A stretch of 64,000 nucleotides of DNA from assembly GCA_903821745.1 (NCBI GenBank), contig CAIJMI010000004.1, forward strand, positions 85,542 to 149,541. Reading direction: 5' to 3'. The notes beneath the pieces are model-generated. The model was not told the DNA's origin and ran no database searches. It saw only the letters and a list, made by a program, of their open reading frames with translations. This document shows, one piece after another, positions 38,230-47,227 of the stretch. The stretch is from Candidatus Gottesmanbacteria bacterium (GTDB lineage Bacteria > Patescibacteriota > Microgenomatia > UBA10105 > UBA927). The position numbers and the translations under genes were made by a program. Each line of letters starts with the position of its first letter. The stretch's first letter is position 1.

Positions 38230-40014
38230 ATGGACATACGCATGAAACGCTTAGTTGGTATACTATTTTTTCTTTGTTTGCTTTTTTTTACATTTCCTTT
38301 TGTGTCGCCAACTCATGCTCAAGAGTGCACCGTTCCAAATTGTGATCCGAGCGGTTCTGATTGTTGGGATCAGTTGCAAAAAGCAAAAGATAAATGTTCG
38401 CAAGCGATCAGTGCGATTGAAGCAGCAAAAAAACCACATGTTGATGAACTGCAAAAACTACAAAACGCGATTACTGCGTTTCAAACTCGAATTAAGGCGA
38501 TCGAAGATGAAGCCTTAAAAAAGGCACTTGCAATTGCCGCGGGTGAAAAAGAATTAAATGGGTTGCTTGCAATAGCAGACGTGAAGATTCGATCGTTTTA
38601 CATGCATTCGTTTAATGTGAGTCCGTTATTTGCATTTTTATCCTCAGCAAGTATCGGATCAGCAATGCGTGCATATGGATATCAACAAGCAGTCGTGAAT
38701 GCTGATAAAAAAGTGATTGTGCAAACGGCAACCATGGTGAAGGATTTAGAAGATAGAAAAGCAGCATTGGAAATAGAGAAGATAAATCTTGCGGCATTGA
38801 AGGCAGATGTTGATAAAAAAGCGGTATCTATTAAGCAGTTGGTGGATTCTGCAAATTCATATGAAAACGTGTTAAGTACAACGCTTGCTGCAGTGAGCGC
38901 AAAACAACAAAGCTTTTTGGCACAAAAACTTGCAGGTCTCGGTATCCCATTATTTGCCATCTCAGGTGGGGGGTGTTCAAGCGATTTAACCAATGGAAAA
39001 GACCCTGGTTCTGGTTTTAATGGGGCTTTTGGATTTTTTAGTTTTGGAGTGCCAAATAGGGTAGGACTGAATCAATATGGTGCATGGGGTCGCGCAAAAG
39101 CAGGACAGGGATATGAAACAATTCTTCGTGCATATTATAATTTTGATTCCATAGAGCATCGCGATGCCACAATTAATGTTGAAGGATATAAAGGATATCC
39201 ACTTGATGAGTATGTTCAACGTGTTTATGAAGTCCCAGCATCATGGACGGAAAATAATTCCGCAGCATTAAAAGCCCAAGCAATCGCAATTCGATCTTAT
39301 GCCCTTGCATATACAAATAACGGTTCTGGATCAATATGCACAACGCAACAATGTCAGGTATTCAAGCCTGATCCAAAAACTGATAACAATAATGCTTGGA
39401 TAAACGCCGTTAATGCAACAGCTGGATTAGTTATGGTTCAGGGGGGCAGTCCTATTAAAGCATTTTTTTCTTCAACACATGGGGGTTATGCATTTAATAC
39501 AGGAGATCTAACTGGGTGGTCTACAACGGGATATACAAAACGTATGGTGGATACATCGAGTGGATCTTTTTCAGGGTTTTCCGATTTACGGAATAATGCA
39601 TATGATAAAGATAGTCCATGGTTTTATTGTGATTGGGGTGGTCGAAGTAGTGCTAATGGAACTGCATGGTTAAAGCCTGATGAAGTAGCCGATATTGTGA
39701 ATGTCATGCTTCTTGTCCAACAGGATAGCAGTGCACAAAATCATGTTGTGCAAACAGATAAACCAAATCCAGATGGAACAGATACGTGGGATGCAAGTAC
39801 CGTTCGTTCTAAGCTTGGCGGATCCGCATACAACACTATTGCCAACATTAGTGTAAATGCAGATTTTGGTGTTGGTCGTGTGACCAGTGTTACGGTATCA
39901 GGCGATGGCAAAACGAGTACGTTTAATGGAAATGATTTTAAGACCTATTTTAACTTGCGGGCTCCATCCAATATTCAAATTGTCGGTCCCTTGTTTAATG
40001 TTGAACGGAAGTAG
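38230..40014 (+). CDS. Secreted SpoIID/LytB-domain protein with N-terminal coiled-coil region
   Basis: Signal peptide; coiled-coil 60-260; C-terminal SpoIID/LytB signature (ALKAQAIAIRSYALAYTNN...ICTTQQCQVFKP). Confidence 0.65.
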   Translation: MDIRMKRLVGILFFLCLLFFTFPFVSPTHAQECTVPNCDPSGSDCWDQLQKAKDKCSQAISAIEAAKKPHVDELQKLQNAITAFQTRIKAIEDEALKKALAIAAGEKELNGLLAIADVKIRSFYMHSFNVSPLFAFLSSASIGSAMRAYGYQQAVVNADKKVIVQTATMVKDLEDRKAALEIEKINLAALKADVDKKAVSIKQLVDSANSYENVLSTTLAAVSAKQQSFLAQKLAGLGIPLFAISGGGCSSDLTNGKDPGSGFNGAFGFFSFGVPNRVGLNQYGAWGRAKAGQGYETILRAYYNFDSIEHRDATINVEGYKGYPLDEYVQRVYEVPASWTENNSAALKAQAIAIRSYALAYTNNGSGSICTTQQCQVFKPDPKTDNNNAWINAVNATAGLVMVQGGSPIKAFFSSTHGGYAFNTGDLTGWSTTGYTKRMVDTSSGSFSGFSDLRNNAYDKDSPWFYCDWGGRSSANGTAWLKPDEVADIVNVMLLVQQDSSAQNHVVQTDKPNPDGTDTWDASTVRSKLGGSAYNTIANISVNADFGVGRVTSVTVSGDGKTSTFNGNDFKTYFNLRAPSNIQIVGPLFNVERK

Positions 40015-40058
40015 TACAATGAAGCCAGTCGACGCTGTTTAACCATAAACAAACGCCC

Positions 40059-40616
40059 ATGAATCTATTTACCGCTTTTGCCAAAAGTCCAAAAAACCTC
40101 AGGTTTGAAACCCAAGAAAAAAATGAAGTGGTGGTATTATTTTTGCGTCAACACATTGTCACTCTTGTTCCTTGGATCCTATTAAGCGTTCTTATGGTTT
40201 TCGCGCCAACGATTTTATTTCCGCTTCTTATTAAATTGCTTTCTACAGCATTTCCAGTTCCGGTTGGATATGTCATTATTGGAACATTCTTTTGGTATAT
40301 CGCAACATTCGGATTTATGATGTCGAAATTTTTATATTGGTTTTTCAATATTTTTATCGTGACAAATGAACGGATTGTGGATATTGATTTTGTGAATCTT
40401 TTGTATAAAGATATTGCCGAAACACAACTTGAACGCGTTCAGGATATCTCATACAGCACTCGCGGACTTATCGGAACAACATTCAATTATGGTGACGTAG
40501 TGATTCAAACAGCCGGTGAAATGCCAAATTTTGCATTTGAACGGGTGCCGAAACCAAATGAAGTAGCTGATATTATCAGTGACACAGCAAAATTAAAAAT
40601 GAAAAAAGAAATATGA
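40059..40616 (+). CDS. Membrane protein with bacterial PH (bPH_2/YdbT-like) domain
   Basis: Two TM helices followed by ~90-aa soluble domain with PH-like pattern. Confidence 0.4.
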   Translation: MNLFTAFAKSPKNLRFETQEKNEVVVLFLRQHIVTLVPWILLSVLMVFAPTILFPLLIKLLSTAFPVPVGYVIIGTFFWYIATFGFMMSKFLYWFFNIFIVTNERIVDIDFVNLLYKDIAETQLERVQDISYSTRGLIGTTFNYGDVVIQTAGEMPNFAFERVPKPNEVADIISDTAKLKMKKEI

Positions 40617-40834
40617 TACCACTACAATACACCAGTATCGGACTGCTTATTGCAAAAGTGTTAACCGTTATTGGTTTAATTCTCTATGCAATTTATGCAG
40701 GCATCATGTTCAGGCAGGAACAGTTGATGTCAAAGGTACTTGCGGACAAATCTGAAGGGGTGTTGCGGATTCTTACACTTACACATTTTGGTGCTGCCCT
40801 GTTTGTCGTTGTTCTGGCACTTATCATTTTATAA
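40613..40834 (+). CDS. Small two-TM membrane protein
   Basis: 73 aa, two hydrophobic helices, ATGA overlap with upstream gene. Confidence 0.3.
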   Translation: MIPLQYTSIGLLIAKVLTVIGLILYAIYAGIMFRQEQLMSKVLADKSEGVLRILTLTHFGAALFVVVLALIIL

Positions 40835-40849
40835 TCATTTCCCCAAAAC

Positions 40850-42658
40850 GTGATACGATGGACGTGTATGCATATTATTTCCTCCGTTGGTTCAGTTGTC
40901 GGAAATAACACCTCTGTGCATTGGGCACAAACGATAAAAACTCCTTCTGTTTATGGAGCAATTGAGGTCGTGGATGCTGCTGGTATTGCGCAAACCATTG
41001 GTATGCAGGTGATTGGAAAAATGGAAGCATTCTGTAATCAATCTATCGTGAGTCTGCATGAGTTGGAAGCACTTGCTGATGATGGAATGCGGGAAGGGGT
41101 AAAATCAATTGCTCTCGTTGTTCCAGTTGGAACAACGCTGTATGTGGTTATTCGGGGAGCAGGTACGGTGTATTTAAAACGACACGGACAATATGCAAAA
41201 CTTCTTGATCATGAAGGGAGTATTTCAGGAGAAGGGAAGATAGGTGACATTGTGCTTTTGATTTCTGAAGCCTGTAAAACTACCGTGTCAGAATCGGAAA
41301 TGATGGGTATATTTGACCATCTTCCAGCAGCTGATGCCGCAGAAAAATTAGCATTTCTTTTAAACGGAAAAACAGAATCAGCTGGAAGTGCGGCAGTGGT
41401 ATTTGAAATAACACATATTATTCCAACTGAACCTGTCAAACCAGAAGATGTTGAACCAAGAATCGGAAAAGTGCAGCGGTTTATATACGCAAGGCCCCAT
41501 GAGAAGGTCCTTACCATGAAGCGTCATATCGCTGTTTGGGGACGGAAACTCAAAAATCCAAAAGTGAGTGTAACCATGCTTCTTCTTATTCTCTTTATTG
41601 GAAGTGTTCTTTTCGGAATACAAAAAGAATTTTCTATGAAAACGGATAAACAGGTAACAACGATCATGACAGAAGTACAACGAGTATATGAAGAGGGTTC
41701 AGCACTCATGGAGCTAAATCCTGTTAAAGGACGAGAGCGATTAGTTACTGCAAAAACAGAACTTACTCCATTAAAAGAAATCGTTACAGCTAAAACAAAA
41801 GAAGGTCGACGCGTGTTAGAACTGTATGCACAAATTGACAGTGCACTTACACAGGCGATGCATGCATATACAGAAGAACCAACCCTTTTTTATGATGCTG
41901 CACTGTTAAAAAGTGGAGGGGTGGTAAATACCGTTGCACTGATTGATGACACGATGATTTTAGGAGATGCAAAACAGAAAGCTGTATATAGTTTGTCTCT
42001 TCTGGGGAAAACTGGGCAAATTGTTGCAGGTGGAATAGGATATGACACGCTCGGATCGGTTGCAATTCACGGCAGTACGGGATACGCGTTACTTGCAGAT
42101 GGGATTAATGCAATAGCATTATTAGATAAAACAACAAAGCAAAATGTGGTTAAAAAAAGTAGCGATTGGGGAAAAATTACGGCCATGGTTTCCTTTGGAG
42201 GAAATTTATATCTCCTTGATACCGAAAAAGGAAGAATTTGGAAATATGTTGCGACGGAAACAGGATTTTCAGATATCAAAGAATATTTAAATCCTGATAC
42301 GCTTCCTGACTTATCCAAAGCAACCGGACTTTCTATTGATGGTTCTGTTTGGTTAGGAACAACAGATGGAAAAATCATGCGATTCACGCAGGGAAAAGAA
42401 AATACGTTTATTCCCAAAGGGGTGGATCCAGCATTCGGTCAACAACTTGTGGTATATACCAGTGACAGTGTGAACAATATTTATGTATTAGATAGTCAAA
42501 ACAAACGGGTTGTGGTATTGGATAAAGATGGTATGTATTTGTCTCAATATGTTTGGAAGGGAGATATTGCTCCCACAAATTTGGTTGTTTCAGAAAAACA
42601 AGGTAAAATACTGCTTCTTGTTGGAAATGGGACAATGTTTGGCATTGACCTAAAATAA
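40850..42658 (+). CDS. Transmembrane protein: cytoplasmic degenerate PP2C-like domain, TM helix, extracytoplasmic beta-propeller repeats
   Basis: N-terminal similarity to PPM phosphatase core (…TLYVVIRGAGTVYLKRHGQYAKLLDHEG, catalytic GDS replaced by GAG); TM at ~235-255; C-terminal repeated blade-like motifs (NLYLLDTEKGRIW, KIMRFTQGKE, NIYVLDSQNKRVVVLD). Confidence 0.35.
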   Translation: MIRWTCMHIISSVGSVVGNNTSVHWAQTIKTPSVYGAIEVVDAAGIAQTIGMQVIGKMEAFCNQSIVSLHELEALADDGMREGVKSIALVVPVGTTLYVVIRGAGTVYLKRHGQYAKLLDHEGSISGEGKIGDIVLLISEACKTTVSESEMMGIFDHLPAADAAEKLAFLLNGKTESAGSAAVVFEITHIIPTEPVKPEDVEPRIGKVQRFIYARPHEKVLTMKRHIAVWGRKLKNPKVSVTMLLLILFIGSVLFGIQKEFSMKTDKQVTTIMTEVQRVYEEGSALMELNPVKGRERLVTAKTELTPLKEIVTAKTKEGRRVLELYAQIDSALTQAMHAYTEEPTLFYDAALLKSGGVVNTVALIDDTMILGDAKQKAVYSLSLLGKTGQIVAGGIGYDTLGSVAIHGSTGYALLADGINAIALLDKTTKQNVVKKSSDWGKITAMVSFGGNLYLLDTEKGRIWKYVATETGFSDIKEYLNPDTLPDLSKATGLSIDGSVWLGTTDGKIMRFTQGKENTFIPKGVDPAFGQQLVVYTSDSVNNIYVLDSQNKRVVVLDKDGMYLSQYVWKGDIAPTNLVVSEKQGKILLLVGNGTMFGIDLK

Positions 42659-42666
42659 GAACTGAT

Positions 42667-43110
42667 ATGAATATCATCAACAAAAAAGCACCATTTGAAT
42701 ATACCATCGTGGACCGGATAGAAGCTGGTGTTGTTTTGACGGGCGCCGAGGTTAAATCGTTGCGATTAGGGCATGGGAAACTTGAAGGAGCATTTGTTAA
42801 AATACTTGGAGGAGAAGCTTTCCTGATTAATGCCGATATTGTGCAATATAGCTATGCCAGACCGCTTGGATACGATCCAAAACGGACAAGAAAGCTTTTG
42901 TTGCACAAAAAGGAGCTTATTTCGCTCCAAAGCAAGCTAGAAAGCGCTAAATTGACCTTAATACCTCTTTCTTGGTATACTAAAGGCCCCCAAATGAAGC
43001 TAGAAGTCGGGTTAGCTCGTGGGAAGAAAGAATACGAAAAACGCGAAATTTTGAAAAACGCCGACTTACGAAGAGAATTGGAAAGAGAATTTCGGGGAAA
43101 GATAAAATAA
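42667..43110 (+). CDS. smpB: SsrA-binding protein
   Basis: 147 aa, conserved N-terminus (IVDRIEAGVVLTGAEVKSLR) and basic C-terminal tail. Confidence 0.9.
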   Translation: MNIINKKAPFEYTIVDRIEAGVVLTGAEVKSLRLGHGKLEGAFVKILGGEAFLINADIVQYSYARPLGYDPKRTRKLLLHKKELISLQSKLESAKLTLIPLSWYTKGPQMKLEVGLARGKKEYEKREILKNADLRRELEREFRGKIK

Positions 43111-43518
43111 GGGGATGTACGATTCGACAGAAATGCACTTTGACAGATGGCAAGCCGACATGGATACATTGTCGATAATCAGGTATCAAAAAATACATGC
43201 TGATACAACCATCAGTAAACTTGAAGCGAAACTTGCTCAACTTGAGCAGGCGTTAGCATTCAAGAGTTCCCGCGCTTTTGCATACGCACGAGCATAAGGA
43301 ATCATCCTTTCGTTCCTGTTTTCCAGCGAGTAGCGTAAGGGTGACAATATAGCTGGAACGTCAAAAATCGAAATGACTGGTTCGATTTTGGTGTTTATTT
43401 CAGTCACACCCTGTTTACTTTTTTGTCTATATTTAGGTAAATAGGAAATGAAATAGACTACGCTTGTAGATGTTTGTTATTTGCGTTTTTGGACCCGGGC
43501 TCACCCCCGGCATCTCCA
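43111..43518 (+). ncRNA. ssrA: tmRNA (transfer-messenger RNA)
   Basis: 5' end GGGGAUGUACGAUUCGACAG matches canonical tmRNA 5' tRNA-like domain (cf. GGGGCUGAUUCUGGAUUCGACGGG) and starts 1 nt after smpB stop; 3' end CAUCUCC(A) pairs with 5' GGGGAUG giving acceptor stem with G3-U70 wobble (Ala identity); GC-rich T-arm-like element 43495-43511. 3' boundary approximate; tag ORF not confidently resolved. Confidence 0.6.
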
Positions 43519-43570
43519 CTTAAGAAAAACGGCGAATATATAGGAACAATCTATATACCGCCGTATTTTT

Positions 43571-44263
43571 ATGTCCCTTCTTGATGTAATATATCCAAAA
43601 TTTTGTCTTGGATGTGGTACGTTTGGAACGTACTGCTGTACAAACTGTTTGCGTTCTCTTCCACCACTCTCCGTTTTAAAATGTCCAAAATGTGAAAAAG
43701 TAACTCCTGATGGAAGAACACATCCGTGGTGTCAGACCAAATATGGGCTTGATGGACTAATAAGTTTTTATCCATATAGGGGCATCATTCAAAAGGCAAT
43801 TAAAGGGATTAAATATCGCTTAGCCTTTCGTATTGCAGGGGATGTATTACAAAGCATTCCAGAAAAACAACAATTGCTTATCAATAAAATTATAAAAACT
43901 GAGCATGCTGTGATGCTGATTCCTATTCCTCTTCATGCATCACGGCAACGAGTTCGAGGATTTAATCAAGCAGAAATAATTGCACACCGTCTCTCAACAT
44001 TATTGTCAGTTTCGATACAAGCCGGCATATTGGAACGGGTGGTAAAAACACAACCACAAGTAGAAATGCGGTATCGGAATGAAAGATTTAAAAATATGAA
44101 ACACGTGTTTGCTATAAAAAAAAGAAATCCCTATTCGATTCAAGGAGCATCTGTATTTCTTGTTGATGACGTGTTTACCACAGGCGCAACGCTTCAAAGT
44201 GCTACTGAAGTGTTAAAGCGTGCTGGCGCAAAGCATGTTTTTGGAATAACTATTGCTCAATAA
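43571..44263 (+). CDS. comF: ComF family protein (phosphoribosyltransferase-domain competence protein)
   Basis: N-terminal double Zn-finger Cys pairs (CLGCG..CTNC, CPKCEK..C), C-terminal PRTase motif VFLVDDVFTTGATL. Confidence 0.75.
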   Translation: MSLLDVIYPKFCLGCGTFGTYCCTNCLRSLPPLSVLKCPKCEKVTPDGRTHPWCQTKYGLDGLISFYPYRGIIQKAIKGIKYRLAFRIAGDVLQSIPEKQQLLINKIIKTEHAVMLIPIPLHASRQRVRGFNQAEIIAHRLSTLLSVSIQAGILERVVKTQPQVEMRYRNERFKNMKHVFAIKKRNPYSIQGASVFLVDDVFTTGATLQSATEVLKRAGAKHVFGITIAQ

Positions 44264-44272
44264 GCATGTTCT

Positions 44273-44653
44273 TTACGCTACGTCTATCTTCCAAAGTCCA
44301 TGAACGTTACAAAATTCTCTAACAGTAACAGGTCCCTCAATAAAGGGAAAGTCGGCTTCCGGTTTTTCCCCAGGGGATAAATTGACTCTGAAAGTCTTTT
44401 TTCCTGCGATGAGTTCAATCCATTCAATGAAATGTGCCTCTTCCATTGGATGAGGGATTGATCCAATAGCAACATGGATGCCTTGGGTAGTTCTTGTCAC
44501 GACAGGAAGATGTTTTTCTTGACCCACGTCACTGGTTTTTTCCAATACGAGAGTGGGTTTATGACAGACTTCTTGTAATTCTTTTCCAGGTTTCAATATC
44601 TCGACTAGGTTATTACAAACCGAACACTGATAGATTTGATGCAGTTGATTCAT
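44273..44653 (-). CDS. Desulfoferrodoxin-type superoxide reductase
   Basis: N-terminal desulforedoxin-like CSVC..C(H) motif and C-terminal SOR center II ligands (HxxxxH..., CNVHGLW); 126 aa. Confidence 0.75.
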   Translation of the reverse strand: MNQLHQIYQCSVCNNLVEILKPGKELQEVCHKPTLVLEKTSDVGQEKHLPVVTRTTQGIHVAIGSIPHPMEEAHFIEWIELIAGKKTFRVNLSPGEKPEADFPFIEGPVTVREFCNVHGLWKIDVA

Positions 44654-44760
44654 ATGTGGTCCTCCTACTAATTAAAGAGTGTAACAGAACGGCAAATAAG
44701 TACATAGTCGCCAGAATGCTGCCTCTCTTGATATAATGAGGACCAACAACTGATGTTGTT

Positions 44761-44845
44761 GGAGAGTGGGCAGAACGGTAATGCACAGGTTTGCTAAACC
44801 TGCGGGACGAATAATCCCGAGTGGGTTCGACTCCCACACTCTCCG
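44761..44845 (+). tRNA. tRNA-Ser (anticodon GCU)
   Basis: Acceptor GGAGAGU/ACUCUCC, anticodon stem CAGGU/ACCUG with loop UUGCUAA, long variable arm, T-loop UUCGACU. Confidence 0.8.
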
Positions 44846-44865
44846 CAAAAATCATCAATGCACAA

Positions 44866-44956
44866 GGAGAGGTCGCATAGTTGGTCTAGTGCGGTAGTCT
44901 TGAAAACTACTAAGGGCGCAAGCTCTTCGCGAGTTCGAATCTCGCCCTCTCCGCCA
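44866..44956 (+). tRNA. tRNA-Ser (anticodon UGA), CCA encoded
   Basis: Acceptor GGAGAGG/CCUCUCC, anticodon stem GUAGU/ACUAC loop CUUGAAA, long variable arm, T-arm GCGAG-UUCGAAU-CUCGC, 3' GCCA. Confidence 0.8.
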
Positions 44957-45126
44957 GCACGTACAAATACAAATTTACATTCATTATATCCATTTGCGGC
45001 GTTACAAAAGCAAGTTTTGACTTTTGCGGTTACAAAAATTGGTTTGAGGCTAATAGAGGGCGGGATTAGAACCTAAAGTCCTTGAAAAACATCTTGGAGC
45101 GCTTGGTATCTTTGTTGATCTACAAT

Positions 45127-46524
45127 CTACTTAATTTTTGTTTGAACAAATATACCCCACGCGAGGAGTAACCACAAGGGTTGCGGATATCGGTAATCAG
45201 CTCCTGCAAAAATAATAGTTAATGTAAAATATACGACTGCCACAAACCAAATTATTAGTAATTCCCCATACATTTTTATAAATTTCCTTGGTTGAATTAG
45301 TCCTCTAATAAGTAGCCAAATTGGAATTATTATATACATCACTAAAATAATTATTTTTTGACTAAACGCTGCTAGAAGTGCAAAAAATAATACGTTTTGA
45401 TTATTAAAATTTATGGCATTATGATGTATATAGACCTGATAATCTATACCGAAATTATCCAAATACTCCGCGCATCCTGCTTCTTTTGGATATCTATTAC
45501 TCTCATAAAATGAGTTATTTGCGGTAAAGGTATCTTGTATACTTTCAGAAAATATTTTAACAATCACCTGGGGATCTTTCAGAAGTAGTTGCTTGGAAGT
45601 TTCCAGGTATAAAGTATCTGATTTTGCCCTATCTAAATTTAGTGTATTGTTAACTTTATATATTAATCCGGTGTCTGAAAACATTATTTCAGAATAATCT
45701 TGTGGTCCCGTTTCTTTACACGTGTTTTTAAGCGTTTTTAAAAATACATAATCAACGTTAATGGAATCAAATTTATCACAGGAGGTAAATTCCATAATTC
45801 TTGAGAAAAGAGCTCTGCCACCAAAGCTACTTATTTGTTTTACCCCTAATTTTGGATAAACAAAAATAGTTATATAAAGGCTATTAATTACTAGAAAGGG
45901 AACACAAAGTAAGAGGAGATACGATATATAAGTTTTAATATTCTCTCGAGAGAAGAATAGTTTATATGTCGTTATGCCAACGAGTAACAGAGAGAAAATA
46001 AGATAATTTGTTCGTAATAATGGAAAAAGTCCTGCAATGGTTCCAACGAGTATATATTTCCACGAACGATTTAAACCGGAAATAATTATAAGCGCACCGA
46101 AAACCAATAGATTATAGGAGACGGAGTCTGACATAATCGATTTTTCCATAAATATAGCCTGAAAATTAAAAAAGACCAAGCAAATCCATACGAGTACCCA
46201 GGATTTAGAGAACCTGTGTTTCAGGATGAGTAAGGACAAACACAAAAGACTAAAGGAAAACACAGCTTGAAGGAGTAATAACGTATACCAATTTTTGTAG
46301 AACATGGGGAGAATTAGCCTTAATATTGCCGGATATCCGCTTGGTCTGTTTGCATCCGCTTTTCCTAGATCTGATGCTAAACGAAGATACGTTATGCTGT
46401 CTGAACAATAAAGGTTGAATGGATAGCTGTATATATGCAAGACAACCAATCTGATTACTACAAAAAAAAGAAGTAGTACTATGGTAAACACTATATAATT
46501 CGAAAAAATATTTTTTTTATTCAT
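45127..46524 (-). CDS. GT-C type polytopic membrane glycosyltransferase (ArnT/PMT, GT39/GT83-like)
   Basis: ~12 TM helices with extracytoplasmic loops; paired with polyprenol-phosphate sugar synthase-like GT2; start set to MNKKNIF to avoid overlap. Confidence 0.45.
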   Translation of the reverse strand: MNKKNIFSNYIVFTIVLLLFFVVIRLVVLHIYSYPFNLYCSDSITYLRLASDLGKADANRPSGYPAILRLILPMFYKNWYTLLLLQAVFSFSLLCLSLLILKHRFSKSWVLVWICLVFFNFQAIFMEKSIMSDSVSYNLLVFGALIIISGLNRSWKYILVGTIAGLFPLLRTNYLIFSLLLVGITTYKLFFSRENIKTYISYLLLLCVPFLVINSLYITIFVYPKLGVKQISSFGGRALFSRIMEFTSCDKFDSINVDYVFLKTLKNTCKETGPQDYSEIMFSDTGLIYKVNNTLNLDRAKSDTLYLETSKQLLLKDPQVIVKIFSESIQDTFTANNSFYESNRYPKEAGCAEYLDNFGIDYQVYIHHNAINFNNQNVLFFALLAAFSQKIIILVMYIIIPIWLLIRGLIQPRKFIKMYGELLIIWFVAVVYFTLTIIFAGADYRYPQPLWLLLAWGIFVQTKIK

Positions 46525-46531
46525 AATGTTC

Positions 46532-47227
46532 CTAATCTTTTCTTGCGAGTTCTCGGAGTAAATATGCAATAAGTTTTATACCAGTTGGGAGTGTCTTAAA
46601 GTGAGACGTGCCTGCTAAGCGTGGAGATTCTTTTGTTGGGAATTCAATACAGTGAAGTCCCTTTTTATATGAACGAACAATCATTTCTATGTCTATGGTT
46701 ATTGATCCGGAATCTTGTATGCCTAAAGACTTATATGCTTTGAGAGTGATACCTCTAAAACCATGTAACACGTCCCAAATGATAGGACCTCTTTTTCTAA
46801 ATTTTAACGCTACTAAAAGAGAAAGAACTAACATACCCCACTTGCGAGGCTTGAGTAGTCTATTGTCTTCTTCATTTTTAGCACCTTTTATTACCCGGCT
46901 TCCGACAATCAAATCAAAACCGCGTGTGAATAATTTTTTGAATTTTAATAAGTCTTCAACGGGAATTGATCCTTTAGGGTGGAAGAAAATAATTGCATCT
47001 GCGGAGCAAATATTTACTGCGTCCCGGTATGCCGCATTTAATCCCTTTTGTTTTTGTATATATACGGGAATAAGCTTACTTTTTAAATATTTTATAGTTC
47101 CATCTTTGCTGTTTCCGTCAATGGCAAATATTTCATCAAACCCCTTTGCAAATTTTTGAATTTTTGGGATATCGTTTTTACATCCCGTCAATTCGTTATA
47201 CGTCAACAGACACAGTGCAAGTTTCAT
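46532..47227 (-). CDS. GT2 polyprenol-phosphate glycosyltransferase (dolichol-phosphate mannose synthase/ArnC-like)
   Basis: 231 aa, N-terminal LTYNE...D.D motif typical of DPM1-like GT2. Confidence 0.6.
   Translation of the reverse strand: MKLALCLLTYNELTGCKNDIPKIQKFAKGFDEIFAIDGNSKDGTIKYLKSKLIPVYIQKQKGLNAAYRDAVNICSADAIIFFHPKGSIPVEDLLKFKKLFTRGFDLIVGSRVIKGAKNEEDNRLLKPRKWGMLVLSLLVALKFRKRGPIIWDVLHGFRGITLKAYKSLGIQDSGSITIDIEMIVRSYKKGLHCIEFPTKESPRLAGTSHFKTLPTGIKLIAYLLRELARKD

Noticed and set aside
43115-43297. 60-aa ORF (MYDSTEMHFDRWQ...) right after smpB
   Set aside because: Lies entirely within the region that matches tmRNA 5' domain and body; more parsimoniously non-coding (ssrA).
43356-43385. 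Hairpin AAAATCGAA-N8-TTCGATTTT with tRNA-like GGTTCGATT
   Set aside because: Falls inside the tmRNA body; likely one of its helices rather than a terminator or tRNA fragment.
43320-43530. Possible minus-strand tmRNA (reverse complement begins GUGGAGAUGCCGGGGGUGAGC and contains GCAAAUAAC...UAG candidate tag)
   Set aside because: The plus-strand reading gives a far better match to the canonical tmRNA 5' end (GGGGAUGUACGAUUCGACAG) directly after smpB and a consistent acceptor stem; the minus-strand reading lacks the GAUUCGAC element.
44744-44761. Perfect 7-bp hairpin CAACAAC-TGAT-GTTGTTG abutting tRNA-Ser(GCU) 5' end
   Set aside because: Too short and without U-tract to call a terminator; possibly tRNA-processing context; not reported as a feature.
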